Shown here piece by piece: positions 13,494 to 26,180 of a DNA stretch of 64,000 bases (positions are counted from its first letter, which is position 1; every line of letters starts with the position of its first letter). A model generated the notes under the pieces. The model searched no databases. It was not told the origin of the DNA and saw nothing but the letters and a program-made list of their open reading frames with translations. Both the position numbers and the translations under genes were made by a program. Source of the stretch: Mobula hypostoma (taxonomy: Eukaryota); contig NC_086097.1 in the NCBI RefSeq assembly GCF_963921235.1, positions 21,888,001 to 21,952,000 of the forward strand, written 5' to 3'.

Positions 13494-14384
13494 TCTATCT
13501 CTAAATTTTAAAAAAATGTCCTTGTACACTCCAACCAGTTGGTTGGCACAGGATTTACTGTGCTGGGACCTCTAAATAATAACAAAAAATAAATTAGTTA
13601 ATGAGGCCTAGACCTTGGCACTTACTGAGGTTTGGACCCTGACACGGAACGAGGCCTGGATTGCAGCAGTGGCTGAGGCTCGATCCTGTCACTGACAGGC
13701 TGAATACCTGGCATTGACTACGAACCTTTGGAATGAGGTAACCTCTGACAATTTGTCCTTCAGAAACGGTTACACCGAAGCAAGTAGTTTTGGCTGCCAG
13801 TGCAAGCAAAATTAAAATCCTGTTCGCTGTTTAAAAAAAGATCCTAGATGTAAGCTAATCCCCAGAAGGACATGATGGGTTAACAGCTGAATTGTCCTAT
13901 TTAACTCAGGTGTCTCTTTTCAGGGGCCTGGAGAGATGTTGATTAAACTCACACCTGACGTCGCCACTACTCCTGTATTGAGGTTCCTTCGGGCAGCCGT
14001 GGAGCTGCTGTTACAGGCAGGAACGAGGCCTCTTTTTGTTCCTGCTTCTCCCTTGTCAGAGAGATATTTTGCATGAGCTAATTTTATTGGAACAGATTAA
14101 TTTTTTTCTGTTGTTTGGACAAATGCTTGTTGCAGCCTGAGGGGCTATTCTGCGCGTTGCTATTGTCAAGGGCAACCGGCACGCGGCATCATCTACAGTA
14201 GCACAGCACCATCAGGCACACAGTAAGCAGCCTTTGCATTCCACCGCGTCTTACATTAGGATTTATTTTCCACCCAAAATCTTCACCCCCAGAAGGAAGT
14301 TCGAAATAACACATCCTTTTCCAGGGGAGCAGAGAGCCACGCCAAAGGAAGCACTTCGAGGTTGCTTCAGACACAGATGAGCAA

Positions 14385-16110
14385 ATCAGAATCAGAATCA
14401 GGTTTCATATCATTGGCACGTCACGAAATTTGTTGTTTTGTTGCAGCCACACAGTGAAATACGCAACAATAAAAGCTGTAAGTTACAATAATCAGTATAC
14501 AGCATATATAAAAATTATAAATTGTCGTGCAAAAAGCGAGGAAAAAATAGTGAAGTAGTGTACATGGGTTCAATGCCCATTCAGAAATCTGACGGTAGAG
14601 GGGGAAAACGCTGTTCCTGAAACGCTGAGTGTGTGTCTTCATGCCCCTGTGCCTCCTCCCTGATGGTAGCAATGAGAAGAGGGCAGGTCCTGGGTGATGG
14701 GGGTCCTTAATGACAAGTGCCACCGTTTTGAGGCATCACCTTTCGAAGGTGTCTTCGGTGCTGCGGAGGCCAGTGCCCATGATAGAGCTGGCTGAGCTTT
14801 CAGCTTTCTGCAGCTTTTCCCAGTCCTGTGCACTGGCCCCTCCATACCCGACGGTGATGCTACCAGTTAGACTGCATTCCACGGTTCATCTGTAGAATCT
14901 TGTGAGAGTCTTTGGAGACATACCAGTTCTCCTCAAATTCCTCATGAAATATAGCTGCTGTCTTGCCTTCTTTGTAACTGCATCAAGGTTGTTGCTGCGA
15001 CACTAGTCAACCAGTCGAGCTATCTCGCTCCTGTACGCCTCCTTGTCACCATCTGAAAATTTTGCCAACAATAATTGTGCTGTCGGCAAATTTATCAATG
15101 ACGTTTGAGCTGTACTGAGCCACACAATCGTGAGTGTAGAGAGAGTGAAGTGGGCTAAGTATGTATCCTTGAGGTGTGCCAGTGTTGATTGTCATCAAGG
15201 AGGAGATGTTATTTCTGATCTGCACGGACTGTGGTCTCCTGGTGAGGAAGTCAAGGATCCAGTGGCAGAGGAAGTTACAAAGTCCCAGGTTTTGGAAGTT
15301 GCTGATTACAACTGAGGGTATGATTGCGTTTAACGCTGAACTGTAATCAATAAATAGCAGCCTGACATGGGTATTACTACTGTCCAGGTGGTCCGAGGCC
15401 CAGTGGAGAACTAGTGAGATTGCATCCACTGTAGACTTACTGTGGTGAAAGTCAAATTGTAACGGGTCCAGTTCCTTGCTTAGGCAGCAGTTGATTCTGG
15501 TCATGACCAACCTCTCAAAGCACTTCATCACAGTAGATGTGAGTGCCACTGGGAAATAGTGAGTGAAGCAGTTCACCCTGCTCTTCTTGGGCACTGGTCT
15601 ATGTCACCCTTTTCAAGCAGGTGGGAAAATCCGATCACTGCAGTGAGAGATGAAAGTCAACACAGTTTTTCGGAGTCCTACCAGGGCAGCAGCAGAGGCT
15701 GATGCCTTGTGAGGTTCGCCTTCTTGAAAGATATTCTGACATTGTCCTCCAACACAGAGATCATAAAGTCACTGGATGCAGCATGGATTCACACAGGTGT
15801 CGTTTTATTCTCCCTTTCAAAGTGTGCATAAAAAGCAGTGAGCTCAACTGGGAGTGGAGCATCACAGTCATTCACAATGTTAGGTTTTGCTTTGTAGGAA
15901 GTAATGGCCTGTAAACCCTGCCAGAGCTGATGTGTATTCGATTGCTTCTCTAGCCTCAACTGGAATCGTTTCTCTCTTAAAATAGCCTTCTGTAGGTCAT
16001 TCCTGGACCTCTTATTTAAATTCTGGATCACAGGTCTTGAGGGCCACAGATCCAGCCCTCAGCAGACTACTATCTCCTGGTTCATCCACAACTATTAGTT
16101 TGGATATGTG
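14385..16110 (-). mobile_element. Rex1/Babar-like LINE, truncated with internal deletion
   Basis: PVALTSTVMKCFERLV..LFIDYSSA..GTPQG..KFADST; (ctgatt)n tail at ~14385-14403. Confidence 0.87.
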
Positions 16111-16861
16111 CGGCATGTTCTCAAAATACATTGCACAGTTCCTTAAAGGATCTGCACCTAAAATGTAGACCTCATCTTTTATCTTCACTTATAGAACGTA
16201 GAACATTACAACACAGTACTCACGATGTTTGTGCTGACCTTTTAACCTATTTTAAGATCAATCTGAACCTTCCCCCCAACATAGTTCTCTGTTTTTCTAT
16301 TATCTTATCCATAGCCTATCTTAAAGGCCCCAAATGTATATGCTTCTAACACTACCCTTGGCAGTGCATTCCAACACTCACCACTCTCTGATATCCACCC
16401 CCCCGCCAAACACTTTTTCCCAATCACTTTAAAATTATGCTCCCTTGTCTCTGGCTGTCCACTCAATCTATGCCTCTTATCATCTTGATAATGCCAGATT
16501 TCCAGCAGTTTGTATTTTATATGATCCAGTGTGACTCTTAACTTCTGGAACTTCGTTTCAAGCTTATGGAAGGAAGAATCTCTGTCCCTTACTCTTTCTC
16601 TCAGTTTGGCTCAGTTACCCTTGGATGGTGTGGGTCTTGCTGTTGTAAACAAGGTGAAGGTGCTCTGTACAGTGCAGTGCAGAAATCCAGGTAACCCACT
16701 GCTAAACAAAGGAGCGACAACATGTCTCCATATTGTTGTGACTTGGACAGCAACTTTCTATAACCTTTGTATAATCTGCTCTGCAGATACTCTTTGCTTC
16801 TCATAGAGTCATCGAGTTTTACAGCACAAAAATGGGTCCTCGGGCTCCGTAGCAAAGGAAA

Positions 16862-17160
16862 TAAGATTAAGATTAGCTTTATTTGTACAATGAAAGATGG
16901 AAACATGCAGAGAAATGCATTGTTTGTGTCACATCACATCAGTGCAGATTTTGCTGAGGGCAGACTGCAGGTGCTGCCATGCTTCCAGCATAGACATAGC
17001 ATGCTTGCGAAACCTAAATGTATGTCCTTGGAATGGGGGAGGGAACTGAAGCATCCAGAGGAAACCAGCACAGTGAAGAGGAGAAGGTACAAATTCCTTA
17101 CAGGTAGCAGTGGGAACTGAACCCCGATCACCGCTGTAAAGCATTGTGCTAACCATTATG
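16862..17160 (-). mobile_element. V-SINE with Rex1-like tail
   Basis: aagattagctttatttg tail, V core, tRNA-like head. Confidence 0.75.
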
Positions 17161-17164
17161 CTAG

Positions 17165-17680
17165 CATGCCGCCTGAGGAAAGATGTACTGATTCTGGAAT
17201 GGATCCAGAGGAGGTTCAGAGATATGACCGCAGGAACAAAAGGCTTAACATGTGAGGTGAATTTGGCATCTCTATACCTGTACTCAGTATTCAGAAGGAT
17301 CGGGGGGTGGGGGGGAGCGCAAGATATCTCATTGAAACCTACCAGATACTAAAAGGCCTAAATAGAATGGACATGGAGAGTCTAGGATCTGAGGGCATAG
17401 CCTCAGAATAAAGGGACTCTTTGATGTAATGAGGGTGAATTTCTTCAGCCAAAGGGTGGTGAATGAAGGGAATTTGTTTCCACAGAAGGCTGTGGAAGTA
17501 AGTCGTGGGGTATATTTAAGACAGAGATTGATAGGTTCTTTCTTGGTAAATGGGATAAGGGTTACGAAGAGAACGTAGGACAATATGGTTTTTAAAAAAA
17601 ACAGCCACAATTGAATGACAGAGCAGATTCGATGAGCTGAATAGCCTAATTCTGCTTCTGTATTTTATGGTCTTATGGCC
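17165..17680 (+). mobile_element. CR1 LINE 3' fragment
   Basis: LRKDVLILEWIQRRF; shared 3' end. Confidence 0.75.
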
Positions 17681-18397
17681 TGCTACATCTGTACCAACTC
17701 TTCTGCTCATCTCCATCAATCCCATTTGTCTGCAGTAAGACTATATCCTTCTGTGCCTTACCTATTTCTGCGCAGTCTTTCCCAGACGCTGCAGATTTTG
17801 CAATTCATTGTGTGCAATACTTCTCAATAATATCTCCCGTCTATCGAGTCCCTTGCTGTGTGATGCCTGTCAATGAATTCCAACCCAGTATAATCCCTAA
17901 CAGGTATCGCCCTCCTGGTTACATCTTCTCTTTTAGAATACTCCTCTGTGATCCATCCCAGGTATTTCCCGTTCATGTTAGGTGTGTGCATTGTTCTCTG
18001 GTACACGGGCTGGTTGCTTCTGTGCTGTGCTACACAGCCTTGCCTGAAATGTCCTCAGCCCTTCGGGTGAACGCAACAAAACAAACCCACAGAACTGTTT
18101 AACTTGGAAAACAGAAGCTGGCTGAGACATTTTCATCAGAGGAGAGCAAAACAATAGCTCAGCTTCCCTTCGAGCTACATTCCGATCAGAGGCCTGCATG
18201 CTAATTCTGCCTTTGATTCTCTGCGATAGCAATGGGTTCACTGTGTTTATCCGGGGATTCAGCTTCAGATCAGATCACCAGGCAATTGTTTTGTGTTAAC
18301 TTCTAGATAAGTGCCTGAGCCTTTGTCTTTGCAAGATGATTTTTGCTTTCTTATATATGTGTGCTCACATGGTACTGTATGCATGTGTCCTTATGCA

Positions 18398-19064
18398 CAT
18401 AAGACCATAAGGTATAGGTGCAGAATTAGGCCATTTGGTCCATCGAGTCTGCTACGCCATTTCATCATGCCTGGTCCATTTTCCCTCTCAGCGGTATCTC
18501 CTGCCTTCTCCCTGTATCCCTTCATGCCCTGACTAATCAAGATTCTATCAACCTCTGCCTTAAGTATACCCAATGATTTGACCTCCACAGTCACCTGTGG
18601 CAACGAATTCCACAGATTCACCATTCTCTGGCGAAAGAAATTCCCCTTCATCTCTGTTCTAAAAGGACACCCCTCTATTCCGAGGCTGTGTCTTCTGGTC
18701 TTAGACACCCCCCACCACAGGAAACATCCTCTCCACGTCCACTTTATCTAGGCCTTTCAACTTTTGATAGGTTTCAACAAGGTCACCCCTCATTCTTCTG
18801 AATTCCAGTGAGTAGAGGCCCAGAGCCATCAAACGCTCCTCATATAACAATGTGCCTTTCAATCCTGGAATCGTTTTTGTAAACCTCATTTGAACCCTCT
18901 CCAATGTTGGCACATACTTTCTAAGATAAGGGGCACAAAATTGCCCACATTACCCCAAGTGAGGCCTCACCAGTGCTTTATAGAACCTCAAAATTACATC
19001 CTTCCTTTTATATTCTAGTCTTTTCAAAATGAATGCTAGCATTGCATTTGCCTTCCTCACCACC
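18398..19064 (-). mobile_element. CR1 LINE 3' fragment
   Basis: KALVRPHL, ERVQMRFTK, LGLYSLEFRRMRGDL. Confidence 0.85.
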
Positions 19065-19185
19065 ATGCCTACGTACATATTCACAGATAAACAACAGTCC
19101 TGATGAAGTTTCTCGGTCTGAAACACCAATGGTTTACTCCCTTCCACAGATGCTGCCCGTCCTTGCAGGCATTTGATGTGTGTTC

Positions 19186-19440
19186 TCTACATACTGTACA
19201 TATGTGCACATTTGTGAGTACATACTTGCATGTAGTGTATGTACATACATGTTGGACCTGTACATATATGTACATCTGAGTGCGCTGTGTGTACGTAACT
19301 AGTGTATTTATTTGTATGCATAGGATTTTTTTTTGTGTTTGGGAATGCGTGAGTGCATGTATATATGTGCACATGTTTCTGCACTTTTGGTGAGATTCAT
19401 GTGGGTGTGTGTTTGTGCGAAAGAGTTTTTGTGTGACTTT
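19186..19440. repeat. Degenerate alternating purine-pyrimidine (TG/CA/TA) low-complexity tract
   Basis: tacatatgtgcacatttgtgagtacatac... throughout. Confidence 0.75.
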
Positions 19441-20344
19441 GCTGTACAAAGCAGTGGGTGAGCAGCAACTCCCCCTTCGAGCAGGGTACATCAGCTGAAG
19501 CACTCACTGAACTGAAACGAGAAACCATCTGACAACAGATGGCTCTGGATTTTTTTTTGAAGCAGGCAGTCTGTCATCACAGAGCTCAATTCAAAGTCCA
19601 AGAGGATAAAGGGATGTGCAGACTGCCATTAAAACGAGTCTGAATCAGCAATTTACTTCACAGGTCAGTTTCTATGCTGCGTTAGTGAAGTCCAAGAATA
19701 ACAATAACAGTCACAGCTACAATTTATGTATGTATCACCTTCAATGCCGCAAAAATATTCCTAGGCATTTCACAGGGAGGTTACCAAATAAATTATTGGT
19801 GCTGAGCCAAAGAACAGTATAGCACAGTACAGAATTGAATTGAATTAACTTTATTTCTTACATCCTTCACATCATGAGTAAAAATATTTACATTACATCT
19901 CTGTCTAAATGTGCAATGTGCAATTTATAGTAATTTGTAAATAGGCCTTTTGGTCTGCAATGTCATGCTGACCTCTTAACCTTTTCCAAGATCTATCTAT
20001 CCCTTCCCTCCCAAGTAGACCTCCATTTTTCCCTCTTTTAGGTGCCTATGTAAGAGTCTTTTGGTATCTAATGTAACATACACAAAATGCTGCAGGAACT
20101 CCTCAGATGAGGCAAGATCCAGGGAAATGAAGAAACAGTCAATGTTTCAGGCTGAGACCCTTCTTTAGATACCTAATGTATCTGCCTCTACCACCTTCCC
20201 TGGCACACACCTGCCACTCTCTATGAAAAAAATCTCAAAATGACAGAGTGCCCTGTTGTATTTGCCATTTCTGACACTGGCTGTCAAATTAGGAGAAATG
20301 AGGAGAAATCAGAAGGTCAAATAGGTAGGCTTTATGGAATAAAG

Positions 20345-21095
20345 ATTGGTCCAGAAGGGGTGGAACTCAGCCACGGACGGTCCCAAGCCCGGCTGCGAAA
20401 GGAGGAGGGTTGGGCATGGGGTTGCCAACTGTCTATATTAGCTGGGACATCCCATATATTGGGGTAAATTGGTTTGTCCCATACGGGACCGCCCTTGTCC
20501 CGTATTCCCCCCACTAAGGTAGAGCGTTCCTATGAAACCGTTCGTAAGCCGAAATGGCGTAAAGCGAAGAAGCAATATGGGAAAAATTTTTGAGTGTTCC
20601 CAGACCCAGAAAATAACCTACCAAATCATACCAAATAACACATAAAACCTAAAATAAAACTAACGTACAGTAAAAGCAGAATCGGGAAGGTTAAGCCAAA
20701 ACCGATTTGTAGAAAAAAAATCGGCAAGTACACGCATGCGCACGTCACGCATACACACACAGGTGCCCGCGCACGGCTTCATGGTCATGGTAGTCTTTCT
20801 CGGGGTAAACACAAGTGTCCCATATTTGACTGCTACTTTTGTCCCTTATTTGGAAGTGAGGAAATTGGCAACCCTAGTTGGGCATGGGGCTAGCAACCTC
20901 ATCCCAGAGGTACAGAAATGCCAAGGGAAGCTCCAAAGACTTCCTGGGAGAGGAAGGGCCTTCACTGAGAAGACATCTGAAATCATGTGGTGAAAGCAGA
21001 AGCCACAGAGCTGATCACCTTTTGGCTCAGGACAGAGTACTGGTGAGCTGCTACCAGCGGCCTAGTAGGGGTGATGGGCTTAAGAAGAGGAAGAA
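20345..21095 (+). mobile_element. Bipartite RTE-derived non-autonomous element, interrupted by the hAT MITE
   Basis: RTE-like 5' block gagggttgggcatggggctagcaacc; 3' block AQDRVL...gggcttaagaag. Confidence 0.6.
20417..20876. mobile_element. hAT (Tip100-like) MITE
   Basis: TIRs tggggttgccaa / ttggcaacccta; perfect 8-bp TSD gttgggca at 20409-20416 and 20877-20884; repeated subterminal tgtccc motifs. Confidence 0.88.
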
Positions 21096-21207
21096 AGGGA
21101 GGGTTAGTGATGGAATTTCAGAGCTTAGTCACTTGGCACTCAGCAGCTGAGGGTTTGGAAGGAGTAAGAAGCCTGGATTCATGGAGTGCAGAGATCCCTC
21201 CAAATAT

Positions 21208-21622
21208 TTTGATGGCTCTGGGCCTGTACTCACTGGAATTTAGAAGAATGAGTGGATGATCATTGAAATCATCAAATATTGAAAGGCCTACATAGAGTGG
21301 ATATAGAGAGGATGTTTCCTATAGTGATGGAATGTAGGACCAGAGGGCAAAGCCTCAGAATAAAAAGCTGTCCCTTTAAAACAGAGATAAGGAGAAGTTT
21401 CTTTAGCCAGAGTGTGGTGACTCTGCGAAATTCATTGCCACAGATATCATTGGGTATATTTAAAGCAGAGATTGATAGGATCTTGATTAGACAGGGCCTC
21501 AAAGGGAGAAATCAGGAGAATGGGGTTGAGAGATATAATCAATCAGCCATGATGGAATGGTGGAGCAGATTCAATGGGCTGAATGGCCTAATTCTGCTCC
21601 TTGTCTGTCTGGCCTCATGGTC
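21208..21622 (+). mobile_element. CR1 LINE 3' fragment
   Basis: MALGLYSLEFRRM, KGLHRVDIERMF. Confidence 0.8.
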
Positions 21623-21898
21623 TATTTTGGGGGGAGGGCAGAGACAGGACAAGTTACATGGGGATGAGAACTCCAACATTAAGGCATTGCAGCACCAGGC
21701 AATAGTGTGGATTTGTGAGCAATAGGGTGATATGTACACAAAACTCAGTCTGAGTCAGGACAAGGGCATCAGGGTTTTCAATGAGCTCAGTCTTGTGGGG
21801 AGCATATGAGGGAGGCTGCTCAGAGGGATGTGGTAATCGTCAGGATGAGGTGGGGAAGACCCATGGAGTTAATTTTGGCAGCAGATGAGAACAGAAGG

Positions 21899-22902
21899 CT
21901 GGTGACTAGAGGTGTGCCTCAGGGATCTGGGTCCAATGTTGTTTGTCATATATATTAATGCTCTGGATGATGGAGTAGTAAATTGGTTGAGTAAGTATGC
22001 AGATGATACTAAGATAGGCGGAGTTGTGGATAATGAAGTAGGTTTTCAAAGCTTGCAGGGAGATTTAGGCCAGTTAGAAGAGTGGGCTGAAAGATGGCAG
22101 ATGGAGTTTAATGCTGAAAAATGTGAGGTGCTACATTTTGGTAGGACTAATCAAAATAGGACATACATGGTAAATGGTAGGGCATTAAAGAATGCAGTAG
22201 AACAGAGTGATCTAGGAATAGTGTTGCATAGTTCCCTGAAGGTGGAATCTCATGTGGATAGGGTGGTGAAGAAAGCTTTTGGTATACTGGCCTTTATAAA
22301 TCAGAGCATTGATATAGGAGTTGGGATGTAATGTTGAAATTGTACAAGGTGTTGGTGAGGCCAAATTTGGAGTATTGTATACAGTTCTGGTCACCAAATT
22401 ATAGGAAAGATGTCAATAAAATTGAGAGAGTACAGAGGAGATTTACTAAAATGTTGCCTGGGTTTCATCACCTAAGTTACAGAGAAAGGTTGAACAAGTT
22501 GGGTCTTTATTCTTTGGAGCGTAGAAGGTTGAGGGGGGACTTGATAGAGGTATTTAAAGTTATGAGGGGGATAGGTAGAGTTGACGTGCATAGCCTTTTT
22601 CCATTGAGAGTGGGGGAGATTCAAACAAGAGGACATGAGTTGAGAGTTAAAGGGCAAAAGTTTAGGGGTAACATGAGGGGGAATTTCTTTATTCAGAGAG
22701 TGGTAGCTGTGTGGAACGAGCTTCCAGCAGAAGTGGTTGAGGCAGGTTCGATGTTGTCATTTGAAGTTAAATTGGACAGCTATATGGACAGGAAAAGAAT
22801 AGAGGGTTATGGGCTGAGTGCAGGTCAGTGGGACTAGGTGAGAGTAAGTGTTTGGCATGGACTAGAAGGGCCAAGATGGCCTGTTTCCGTGCTGTATGGT
22901 TA
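21899..22902 (+). mobile_element. CR1 LINE 3' fragment
   Basis: KYADDTK, LVRPNLEYCIQFWSP, ERVQRRFTK in ORFs 21912-22837; CR1-type 3' end. Confidence 0.92.
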
Positions 22903-23121
22903 AGTGGGTGAAGTTGGTGGGGGGTGGGGGAGGTGGAAATACAGTAGGCATGGTTATGAGGTTCAAAGTTTAAATCAAGATACATTAAAATTGTGACTAG
23001 TGTGTAATAAAATTGAAATGCATAGAATTTGCAGGAGGGAAACATCATTCCAGTTCATGCCATCCAGTGACTGCCCCCACCTCCGACTACTCTATTCATC
23101 TCACCTACCATCTAATCTTCT

Positions 23122-24000
23122 GCAACACACACAAAATGCTGGAGGAACTCAGCACATCAGGCAGCTTCTGTGGAAGTGAATAAACATTTGATGTCTTGGG
23201 CTGAGACCCTTCTTCATGACTGGGAAAGGAGGGGAAAGACACCGGAATAAAATTGTGGGAGGTGGGGAAGAAGGATCGCTAGCAGGTGACAGGTGAATTG
23301 GAAAGATAAAGGGAAGGAGGGGGGGACCCAGGGCAGGTGAGAAGAGTTAAGAGGCTGGAGAGGGGAATAGAAGAAAAGGTGAGGGGGAGGGAAAACTTGT
23401 AACCAGAAGGAAAAATCAATATTCAAGCCAGTAGGTTGGAAGCTACTCAGACAGAATACAAGCTATTGCTCCTCCACCCTGAGGGAAACCTCCTCTTGGT
23501 ACAAGAGGAGGCCTTAGACTCAGCTGTTGGAATGGGAATGGGAATTGCAATTAAAATGTTTAGCAACTGGGAAATTCTGCTTTTGGCTGACAGAGTGGAG
23601 GTGCTCAATGAAGCAGTCCCCCAGTTTATGTGGGATCTCACCAATGTACAGGAGGCCGCATTGGGAGCACCAGACACAATAGACGACCCCTGCAGATTCA
23701 CAGGTGAAGTGTTGCCTCACGTGGACAGACTGTTTGGGGCCCTGAATGGAGGTGAGTGGGCAGGTGTTGGCCGTTTTCAGGGAAGGAGATTAGAGGGGAC
23801 GGACGAAAAGACATGACAATCACAGATCCCTGCAGAAAGTGGAGGAGAGAGAGGTAAAGATATATTTAGTGGTAGCATCCCTTTGGAGATGGCAGAAGTT
23901 GCAGAGGATAGTGTGTTGGATGCAGACGCTCATGGGGTGGCAGCTAAGGACAAGGGGAACTCTATCACTGTTAAGGCAGCAGGAAGATCGGGTGAACAGA
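23122..24000 (-). mobile_element. Penelope-like element 3' fragment with GIY-YIG endonuclease
   Basis: FTCESAGVVYCVWCSQCGLLYIGE...EHLHSV...PVAKHFN (23520-23720), followed by the conserved PLE end. Confidence 0.88.
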
Positions 24001-25439
24001 GATGATGTTCTGTGCTCTTCTCTGCTGTCTCACCTCAACCGCCTCTTGTGGAACCAAGTTTCACCTTCGAACCTCTTAAGTGAATTTTTCTGAATTTCCC
24101 TATCAGATTTTCTCAACCAGATGCCCAGCATCGTGCAGCATGGAATGAATCATGAAATATTGCCGAAGAAATGCTAAAGTGCTGATAGCAGAAAAGGTTG
24201 AATTAAGAGTTGTGACATACAAACTGAAGGAAGTGATGAGGCTGCATTAGGAATCATGGAAATGGGAGTAAGTTATTGGTATGGATTGGGAGTTTCTTAG
24301 CAGAGAGAAAAAAATGGTAAGAATGGATGAATTCAAAGATTCAAAGGACATTTATTATCAATGTACGTATGTGGTACACAATCCTGAGATTTGTCTTTCC
24401 CACAGCCACCCACGACACAAAGTAAACCTTGGAGCCCTTTCAAAGTAAAACATCAACCTCCCCCTACACGCAAAACAAAAATCACTCAAATAGCAACAAA
24501 AAGAAAGCAGAAAACGCAGAATATAAAATGCAAAATCAGAAGAATCCAGGCATTTTCAGTTTGGGTCAGTATTCGATATCCGTAGGCCGCCCCGATTCAA
24601 GATTTTTATGTGTTGACTAAATGTGATTAGCAAGTGTACAGCAGAGATCTCACAGTCGATGGTCTGCACACCCATGGCCTGTTTCTGTGCTGTTGGAATT
24701 TATGAGAGGATGCAGTAAAACTTTTCCAAGTTTGTTGATGGCAGGAAACCAAGTAGAAATGTGACTAATGATGAGGATGCAAAAACAAAGGATTCAAGAG
24801 GATATAAAAAAGCTAATTGAGTGAGCAATAACAACAGATGGAGTTCAGTGTGGTAAGATGCGATCCACTTTGATAGAAAAAATAGAAATGCTGAGTATGT
24901 TTTAAGTGGGAAGAGATCAGCAAATGATAATGTTAAGAGGATCTGGATTTTTTTTACATAAATCACTAAAAGCTAATGTGCAGGTCCATTTAGGAAGCTG
25001 AATGGAAAGGTATGCTGGACTTTCTTCTGAGAGTGTTGGAAGACAAGGCTAAAGATGAGACATACCTAGAGTTTTGTCCTGATGAAGGGTCTCAGCCTGA
25101 AATGCTGTCTGTTTATTCCTCTCCATAGATGCTGACTGATCTGCTAAGTTCTTCCAGCATTTTATTGACAATTTTGGTCTCTTCTACTAAGGAGGTCTTA
25201 ACCTATCACAGGAGCAATACAGTAGAGTTTAGCTAGACTGTTTCAAAGGATGACAGGACTACTGTCACTCTAAGGCAGGCTTCGATTCTCTAGAGTTTAG
25301 AAGAATAGAGGAGATTTACAGGGATGTCAGGGTTCAAGGATTTGAGTTATGGAGAGAGTTTGAGCAGGTTGGGCCTTTTTTCACTGGAGCATAGGAGAAT
25401 GAGTAGTGATCTTAGAAGTGTATTAATTTATGAGAGGCA

Positions 25440-26180
25440 AAGACCATTAGATATAGGAGCAGAATACACCATTCGACCCATCGAGTCTGCTCTGCCATTT
25501 CATCGTGGCTGACCCATTTCCCTCTCAGCCCCAATCTTCTGCCTTCTCCCCGTATCCCCTCATACCCTGACTAATCAAGAATCTATCAGCCTCTGCCTGT
25601 AATAGACCCAGTGACTTGACCTCCACAGCTGCTTGCGACAGCAAATTTCACAGATTTACCGCTCTCTGGCTAAAGAAATCCCTCCTCATCTCTGTTCAAA
25701 TGGACATTGCTCTACTCTGAGGCTGTGTTCTCTGGTCTTAGGCTCCCTCACTGTAGGAAACATCCTCGCCACATCCACTCTATCTAGGTCTTTCAACGTT
25801 CAAAAGGTTTCAATGAGATCCCCCCCTCATTCTTCTGAATTCCAGTGAGTAGAGGCCCAGAGCCATCAAATACTCTTCATATGACAAGCCTTTCAATCCT
25901 AGAATCATTTTCACGAACCTCCTTGGAACCCTCTCCAGTTTCAGCACATCCTTCCTTAGATCAGGAGCCCAAAACTGCTCATAATACTCCAAATGAGGCT
26001 TTACCAGTGCCTTATAAAGACACAAAATTACATCCTTGCTTTTACATTCTAGTCTTCTCGAAATGAATTTGCATTTGCCTTCCTCAACCTGCAAATTTAC
26101 CTTTAAGGAATCCTGCACGAGGACTCCCAAGTCGCTTTGCACCTCTGAATTTTGAATTTTCTCTCTATATAGAAAATAAT
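25440..26180 (-). mobile_element. CR1 LINE 3' fragment nested in a plus-strand CR1 (~25305-25438 and ~26220-26492)
   Basis: LVKPHLEYYEQFWAP; flanking plus-strand CR1 pieces are collinear. Confidence 0.8.

Noticed and set aside
17824..18043. Minus-strand ORF ending ...RDSIDGRYY as a terminal exon
   Set aside because: Weak acceptor, no recognisable homology, and it overlaps an equally plausible plus-strand frame
19081..19503. 140-aa ORF rich in T/H/Y/C
   Set aside because: Translation of a low-complexity TG/CA tract
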